DNA from: Bryobacterales bacterium
GTDB lineage: Bacteria; Acidobacteriota; Terriglobia; Bryobacterales; UBA6623
Length of the DNA: 64,000 nt
Assembly (NCBI GenBank): GCA_965204095.1
Contig: OZ241991.1
Location: 703,495-767,494, forward strand
Direction: 5' to 3'
A model generated the notes under the pieces. It was not told the DNA's origin. It saw nothing but the letters and a program-made list of their open reading frames with translations, and ran no database searches. Shown here piece by piece: positions 58,944 through 64,000 of this stretch. The translations under genes and the position numbers were made by a program. Within the stretch, counting starts at the first letter, position 1. Each line of letters opens with the position of its first letter.

Positions 58944-60958
58944 ATCAATCCTCGATCGCGCTGGCGCCAGTAGCCGAGATCACGAGGCAGGTAGTGAGGC
59001 TTGAGGTAGCAGCGCCTTGCGGACAGGTTCTTCTTGCCGTCGTAGGGCAGCACGATGGCCTGTCCGGTGTCGAGCTCGGCGAAGGCCTTCGGCCGAAACA
59101 GCGGCTCCATGCGGTCCTGGAAGGACTTGGAGACTCCGAGCGAGGACTTGCCTCCTCCGGGCGCCCCGCTGAACAGCGAAATCCCGGCCTTCGGCGTGGA
59201 CTCGTTGATCGAGTAGGCGGTCTTGAGCACCTCGACCTGGCCGCACATATCGGAGGCGATGCGGGCGGAGGAATCGTCGCTGAGCGAGAGGAAGACCTTC
59301 GTGCGCAGGTTCTGGAAGAGGGTGCGCCAGGCTTCGCCGCTGCCGGTGACGGAGCGCAGCGAGGAAATCGACTGCGTGGCGACGATCGGGATGCAGCGAG
59401 ACTGCCGGCTCAGGCCGAAGGCTTTCTCGTCGCCGCTGGGATCGGCCTCGCCCACGGTGGCGAACGACTGATACTCGTCGCACAGGAAGATGGCGGGACG
59501 AAAGAACTTGCTGGGTTTCTCTCGCATGTCGGCGGGGCGCCGCAACAGCGCGCCGAGCCAGCTCTGCTTGAGCATCACGCCGATTGCCCGCGCCAGGGCG
59601 GCATTGGATGAAACCGGCATGTTGAGGCAGATCACCTTGCCTTCCTCGATCAGCAAGCTGAGCGAAGGCAGAGGCTGCAGCCCGGCGAATTGCGTCTCGT
59701 CCTCAGGGGCCTGGTCGGGAGCGGTCATGATCAGCGGTTCGTGCTTGGGCTTGGGAGGACAGAAGATGCGGGCGACTTCCGGGGTGTCGAACAGGCCCAG
59801 GAAGACGGAGATCCCTTCGACGATCGAGGTGCGCAGCTTGGTGTCGATCTTGGTCCAGTCGAACTGATACCAGCGCCGGACGGCCTCGATGCGCTTCAGC
59901 CGGGGCGAGGAGACGGGAGCAGGCGGGGTGACGGTGCGGCAGTCGATGCCGAGATCGCCGAGAACCTTGACCAGGTTGGAGTCGGCCACGGTGGACTGCT
60001 CGTTGTTGGGCTCGTCCTTCCATTCCCAGTTCTTGAACTTACGGCTGTTAGCGGCAACTACCCACTTCTTCACGACGATGCGAGGCTCGGGCTTGGGCGG
60101 CGCAGCTTCCTGGTAGGCTTTTTCGATCTTCTCGCCGAGCATTTCGGGATGGATGGCGCAGTTGTACACTTCCTGGAGGGTTACCCAGCCTTCGGTGACG
60201 AGATACAGCTCGATGATGTTGCGGACGAGGTTGGTGGAGGCCTGCTGCCAGAAGGGCTCCTTGCCGCGGCCGAAGAGCTGGTTCATCAGCGAGGCGATGG
60301 TGTACGCCAGCGAGTAGGAATCCATCCAGTCGGCATCCAGGGGGTTCCACTGCCAGTGGCTGTTGAGGCCGATTTCGATGTAGTCGCCGCCTCGGCCGTG
60401 CTTACCGAGCAGGTCGCGGATGGCGTAGCAGAAGTCGCCCTTGACTTCGAGGACGAGGCCGGCCGCCTTATGGTCGGAGTCGTCGGACTGCCAGGAGAAG
60501 AGCTGCTCGGCGAAGGGCTGCATGCAGGCGGAGGTCTTGCCGGTCCCCACGGCGCCGACGACGGCGACGCCGGTGAAGAGGCCCTTCTCCGACAGCACCA
60601 GCCAGTCGGGTTGATCCGACTCGACCGGTCTGGTGGGGTGATGGGTTTCCCCGACGACGAGCGAGATGGACTTGTCCTTGGGGGAAGCCGGCCAGCGCGG
60701 CAGCGAGCCCCGGCCGCCGCTGCGGTTGCCGATGCCGGCGAACCAGATTTGCCACATCGACACGAGCAACGCTCCGCCGACGCCGGCGGCCGCCCAGGGC
60801 GCGAGATAGTACCAGACAACGATGAGGGAGAAGAGGAACGGGTCGTTGAGCTCGATCAGATCGAGGAACGGGTTCACGCCGGAGGCGGGGAACGGCTCGA
60901 AGCGCCAGCGCGAGAGGGAGAGAAGGAAACCGGCGATCCAGGGAAGGGCGAACTTCAT
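58940..60958 (-). CDS. Type IV coupling protein (VirD4/TraD-like)
   Basis: N-terminal TMs, GAVGTGKT, LEVKGD, WNPL, FW, DEYQSF, SRQ.RC..IVATQSISSL. Confidence 0.85.
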   Translation of the reverse strand: MKFALPWIAGFLLSLSRWRFEPFPASGVNPFLDLIELNDPFLFSLIVVWYYLAPWAAAGVGGALLVSMWQIWFAGIGNRSGGRGSLPRWPASPKDKSISLVVGETHHPTRPVESDQPDWLVLSEKGLFTGVAVVGAVGTGKTSACMQPFAEQLFSWQSDDSDHKAAGLVLEVKGDFCYAIRDLLGKHGRGGDYIEIGLNSHWQWNPLDADWMDSYSLAYTIASLMNQLFGRGKEPFWQQASTNLVRNIIELYLVTEGWVTLQEVYNCAIHPEMLGEKIEKAYQEAAPPKPEPRIVVKKWVVAANSRKFKNWEWKDEPNNEQSTVADSNLVKVLGDLGIDCRTVTPPAPVSSPRLKRIEAVRRWYQFDWTKIDTKLRTSIVEGISVFLGLFDTPEVARIFCPPKPKHEPLIMTAPDQAPEDETQFAGLQPLPSLSLLIEEGKVICLNMPVSSNAALARAIGVMLKQSWLGALLRRPADMREKPSKFFRPAIFLCDEYQSFATVGEADPSGDEKAFGLSRQSRCIPIVATQSISSLRSVTGSGEAWRTLFQNLRTKVFLSLSDDSSARIASDMCGQVEVLKTAYSINESTPKAGISLFSGAPGGGKSSLGVSKSFQDRMEPLFRPKAFAELDTGQAIVLPYDGKKNLSARRCYLKPHYLPRDLGYWRQRDRGLI

Positions 60959-61030
60959 GCATACAGGATGCCAAGCAAACGCGAATCGGGAAAGCGCAGC
61001 GGACCGGTTCGAGAGGGAGAGAACGGCGGC

Positions 61031-61912
61031 CTATTCGCCGCAGAAACAGGAGATTCCCCCCTCGTCCATGCCGTCGATCAGAACGAGCTGGGGGTCTGGA
61101 ATCCGAGCTTCCTCGAGAAGCTCCGCATAAGTGTAGCGCTGGGAGAACTGCGCCATCTTGCTGTTGCACAGCCGGCGGCCGTGGGCATGAAGAATGCGCT
61201 CTTCCTGATCGATCCACCACTGCGCTCGCGCGGGCTCCTGCCTGATCGTGCGGATCAGGTTGCGCTTGCCCTTGAGGAAGCAGAGGTCGCAGTTGCCGAG
61301 CCGCGAAGGGATGCCGAGATCGAACGGGCTGCGCTGCCAGAACTCGTCGACCATGCGCTTCGTCACTCTGGCGGAGACCAGGGGGTACTCGGTCCGGCAT
61401 TCCTGCATGAGCGCCTTGCGCCAGCGCCGGGGCTCGTCCCAGCGAATGCCGAGAACGTCGAAGTGCTTCTTCCATCCCAGAGCCCGGCGCGCCCAGCGTT
61501 CCGAGGTCCGGACCTTCAGCTCGCTGGTGCATTTGCGAAGAGCGACGGTGGGCAGGATCGAGCCGCTGCGGATCATGGCTTCGAAGGGTTCGCCGTTGCG
61601 CGAAGCGCTCTTGAAATCAACGACGCGGTGAGCGTGCTTGGGATCGTGACGGCCTCCCCTGGCGTCCGGACGGAAGTCGTATTCCAGCCAGGTCACATCG
61701 ACGTTCCACTCTTCGGAGCAGCGCTGGACGAAGACGAGGGTTTCCTCGCGTTCCTTGCCGGTGTTGCAGAAGGCGACGCGGACATGGGAGGGGAGCGATC
61801 CGCCGTAGGCCGCGAGGGTGTGAGCGAGGAGATAGGCGGACGTGCGACCTCCGGAGAAGTGAATGATGCGGGGCCGGCCATCTTCGCGACAGCGGTAATC
61901 CGAAAGCGCCAT
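61031..61912 (-). CDS. PAPS-reductase-domain (adenine nucleotide alpha hydrolase) protein, phage/ICE type
   Basis: FSGGRTS, NTGKE, CTSELK, GIRWDE..R, YPL, GNCDLCFLKG, terminal CFC. Confidence 0.85.
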   Translation of the reverse strand: MALSDYRCREDGRPRIIHFSGGRTSAYLLAHTLAAYGGSLPSHVRVAFCNTGKEREETLVFVQRCSEEWNVDVTWLEYDFRPDARGGRHDPKHAHRVVDFKSASRNGEPFEAMIRSGSILPTVALRKCTSELKVRTSERWARRALGWKKHFDVLGIRWDEPRRWRKALMQECRTEYPLVSARVTKRMVDEFWQRSPFDLGIPSRLGNCDLCFLKGKRNLIRTIRQEPARAQWWIDQEERILHAHGRRLCNSKMAQFSQRYTYAELLEEARIPDPQLVLIDGMDEGGISCFCGE

Positions 61913-61934
61913 TGAAGAGTTCTCCTGTCGATGA

Positions 61935-61983
61935 GGGTTTGGAGCTTTCCGCTCGCCGCTGCCTGGCGGAAAGCGGAGAACCC
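61935..61983 (-). promoter_or_regulatory. Conserved hairpin leader element, copy 18
   Basis: Loop gccgctgcct. Confidence 0.9.
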
Positions 61984-62339
61984 GGGTCGGGGGAGAAAAG
62001 GCGGAGAAGGGTCGAACAGCGGGCAAGTAAGACGGATTCGTGCGCCGGAGAGTGCGAAACAGACGGAATCAGGCTGAAACGGGGCGTATTCAGTCGGATT
62101 CGAAGGGGGGGTACTGAATCCCGGCAAGTCGAAATACTGAAAAATGCTGAAAAATGAACGTGAAAGCGTTTCGTTCAGTGCGGTGCAGGCAGGGTTTCAG
62201 CGCAGCGAGAGAGAAAAGCTCGCCAGCGACGATTTCCAAGCGCAAAGCGCGACCAGCCTTCCCGCAGGGATCGATGAAGCGCGTAGCGACCCCCCGAACC
62301 TCGGCCCGAAGGGATGAGGCCGTGCCGTATGAGACGGCG

Positions 62340-62495
62340 AAAGGGGGGGGTCGCTACGCGCACACGAACCCCCCCTGGTTCGACACAGGCGGGGGTGAGT
62401 GAAATGGCTTAACTGCTTGAGAAACTGCAAGTTACGAAAAGCGAAAGGGTTTACGTTTAGTGGTTTACGTTAGGGTGTTTTAACGTAAACCAGCA
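62340..62495. other. Candidate cis-acting site (oriT/recombination-like)
   Basis: GGGGGGGTCG..CGAACCCCCCC hairpin, then AT-rich GGTTTACGTT x2 and inverted AACGTAAACC. Confidence 0.35.
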
Positions 62496-62540
62496 AAACT
62501 AGTGACTGAAGGCCGAAACCGGCTCTCGATCCGGTTGCGG

Positions 62541-63536
62541 CTAAGGCTGATGGCCAAGCTCAGGCTGGTGCCGGGAAACCGATGAGGAATGGCCCGCTTC
62601 GCGGGGCTTAGATTCGGCCTGGCGCTCCTCATGGCGGTCGAACTGAAGGATGTAATCGGCCATGCGACCGGCGTCTCGGGCTGCGTAGCGCAACTCGTTG
62701 GGGTTCTCCTCGAGAGTCTTGATCCAGGAACCGACATAGGATGCATGAGCGTCGGGATCGTGCGGCAGCCGCAGCATACCGTTGACGGTGACGGAAGTCA
62801 TCTCCGCGCGCAGCTCTTCCTTGGCGTACTCGGGCGAGCCGAAGGCGCCCTTCATCAGCTCCGACCGATCCAGCCGGCTGGCGTGTCCGGTCCAGTGGCC
62901 GAGCTCGTGAAGCGCCGTCGAGTAGTAGGCATCGGGCGAGTGGAACTGCTCCTGCTTCGGCAACACGATCAAGTCTTCCGACGGCCGGTAGAAGGCGCGG
63001 TTGCCGCCACGGTGCTGAATGTTCGCACCTGAAGCCCGCAGCAACGCTTCGGCGCGTTCGCACGCCTCCCACTGGTTCGCCTTCTTGAGCTCGCTATCGA
63101 GAGAGGGCATGCCCTCGATCTGCTCGGCGTTGAACACCGTGTAGGTGCGGTGGACGATCTTGAGCTTCTCGGGCTCCTCGCCGGCGACGATCGAGCTGCG
63201 CACCCTGTCCTCCTGCTCCCGGGTGGGGAACTTCCAGTACTCGACGCCGACCCCCTTCTCGCCCCTGCGGACCTGGGCGCCGATCTTCTTCGCGCCGCGA
63301 TAGGTGGTCCAGCGGGGATCGGAGTATCCCCGCTCGCCAGCTTCCGAAGCTAGCACGAACGAGTTGAGTCCGCGATAGCGGGTGCCGCTGACGGGGTTGT
63401 ACGGCGGAATCTCTGAGCCTTCGGGCTTGTCCCATCCCTTCTGCCAGGGAGCGACGCCTTCCTTGAGCTGCTTGATCATCTTCTCGGCCGCCTTCTCGGC
63501 GAACTGCCGCGCGCCGCCTTTCCTGAATGTCGTCAT
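62541..63536 (-). CDS. ardC: ArdC-family antirestriction protein (ssDNA-binding plus zincin-like domains)
   Basis: G.APWQK.W, P.N..SG..Y.G.N, W.TY, VR.GEKG, VFNAEQ, AFY.P..D.I.LP, YYSTALHELGHWTGH..RL.R, YAKEEL.AE, HASYV.SW. Confidence 0.93.
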   Translation of the reverse strand: MTTFRKGGARQFAEKAAEKMIKQLKEGVAPWQKGWDKPEGSEIPPYNPVSGTRYRGLNSFVLASEAGERGYSDPRWTTYRGAKKIGAQVRRGEKGVGVEYWKFPTREQEDRVRSSIVAGEEPEKLKIVHRTYTVFNAEQIEGMPSLDSELKKANQWEACERAEALLRASGANIQHRGGNRAFYRPSEDLIVLPKQEQFHSPDAYYSTALHELGHWTGHASRLDRSELMKGAFGSPEYAKEELRAEMTSVTVNGMLRLPHDPDAHASYVGSWIKTLEENPNELRYAARDAGRMADYILQFDRHEERQAESKPREAGHSSSVSRHQPELGHQP

Positions 63537-63564
63537 GGTGGTGAATTCCTCCTTCGGTCTGTGT

Positions 63565-63613
63565 GGGTTTGGAGCTTTCCGCTCACCGCTACCTGGCGGA
63601 AAGCGGAGAACCC
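63565..63613 (-). promoter_or_regulatory. Conserved hairpin leader element, copy 19
   Basis: Loop accgctacct; upstream of ardC. Confidence 0.9.
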
Positions 63614-63664
63614 ACGCCGGGAGGTCGTCCACACGCGCTGGCTGAGAAAAAACCTGAAAGAGCT

Positions 63665-64000
63665 TCAGCGGCTGATCGCGGCGGCCATTTCGCGTTCCGG
63701 CTGCTGTTGTTGCTGCAGGGCGCGCTGGGTTTGCTGAACCCGCTCGGGCGTGACCTGGGCGATGGAGGATTCGCGGGAGGGCTCGGCCTGCGAGCGCTGC
63801 TGCGGGCGGTCGTGCTGGAGCACCTTGTCGGCCATGCGGTCGGCGTCGCGGGAGGCGTAGCGCAGCTCGTTGGGGCTGTTGCGGATGGTTTGCGCCCACT
63901 GCGCCTTGTGGCGTTCTCCGGTGGGCTGCTTGGGAAGATGCAGCTTGGAGCAGATCGTATCGGTGGCCATCTCCCTTCGCATGTCCTGGCGAGCGGTTGC
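63665..64000 (-). CDS. C-terminal part of a second ArdC-like gene (runs off the window)
   Basis: W..TI...PNELRYA.RDA.RMAD..LQ.DR matches the ArdC tail at 62541-63536. Confidence 0.7.
   Translation of the reverse strand, partial: ATARQDMRREMATDTICSKLHLPKQPTGERHKAQWAQTIRNSPNELRYASRDADRMADKVLQHDRPQQRSQAEPSRESSIAQVTPERVQQTQRALQQQQQPEREMAAAISR

Larger units (their letters stand above)
20443..64000. mobile_element. Integrative conjugative element (right end outside the window)
   Basis: Abrupt switch from housekeeping genes to integrase, resolvase, MTase, ParA, VirB5/6/8/9/10/11, a VirD4-like protein and ArdC. Confidence 0.85.

Noticed and set aside
59690-61915. 741-aa plus-strand ORF and similar long shadow ORFs (50027-51382, 54942-56315)
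   Set aside because: Antisense to well-supported genes; typical of high-GC codon bias.
62541-63899. N-terminal extensions such as RVLRFPPG..ERKAPNP or FSAFRQ..SGKLPT on many track ORFs, suggesting a shared peptide domain
   Set aside because: They are translations of the hairpin element in different frames; true starts follow the RBS downstream.

Overview
High-GC bacterial chromosome segment, probably Acidobacteriota (inferred from the futalosine pathway genes, the RpoZ sequence style and the integrase type). About 1-20.3 kb is host backbone: mltG, ruvX, lhr, hemL, mqnC/mqnA, a DUF4160/DUF2442 pair, a DprA-like gene, D-aminoacylase, an FG-GAP repeat protein and aguB/aguA, interspersed with MITE-like and short tandem repeats. 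From about 20.4 kb to the window end lies a large integrative conjugative element. It has a tyrosine recombinase and serine resolvase at its left edge, an orphan DNA methyltransferase, an extra RNA polymerase omega subunit, two diverged copies of a nuclease/ParA-RHH module with octamer centromere-like repeats, a VirB/D4-type transfer cluster and ArdC genes. The most striking feature is a ~49-bp hairpin element, + strand GGGTTGGGAGCTTTCCGCTC-RC-N7-Y-GGCGGAAAGCGGAGAACCC. I count 19 copies, all in one orientation, each just upstream of the ribosome-binding site of a minus-strand gene. Fifteen of them organise 35.8-47.2 kb into a compact cassette-like array of small establishment/anti-defence-type genes. 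Four copies show compensatory base changes, which points to a functional single-stranded structure. Gene identities come from motif recognition by eye; no database search was run.
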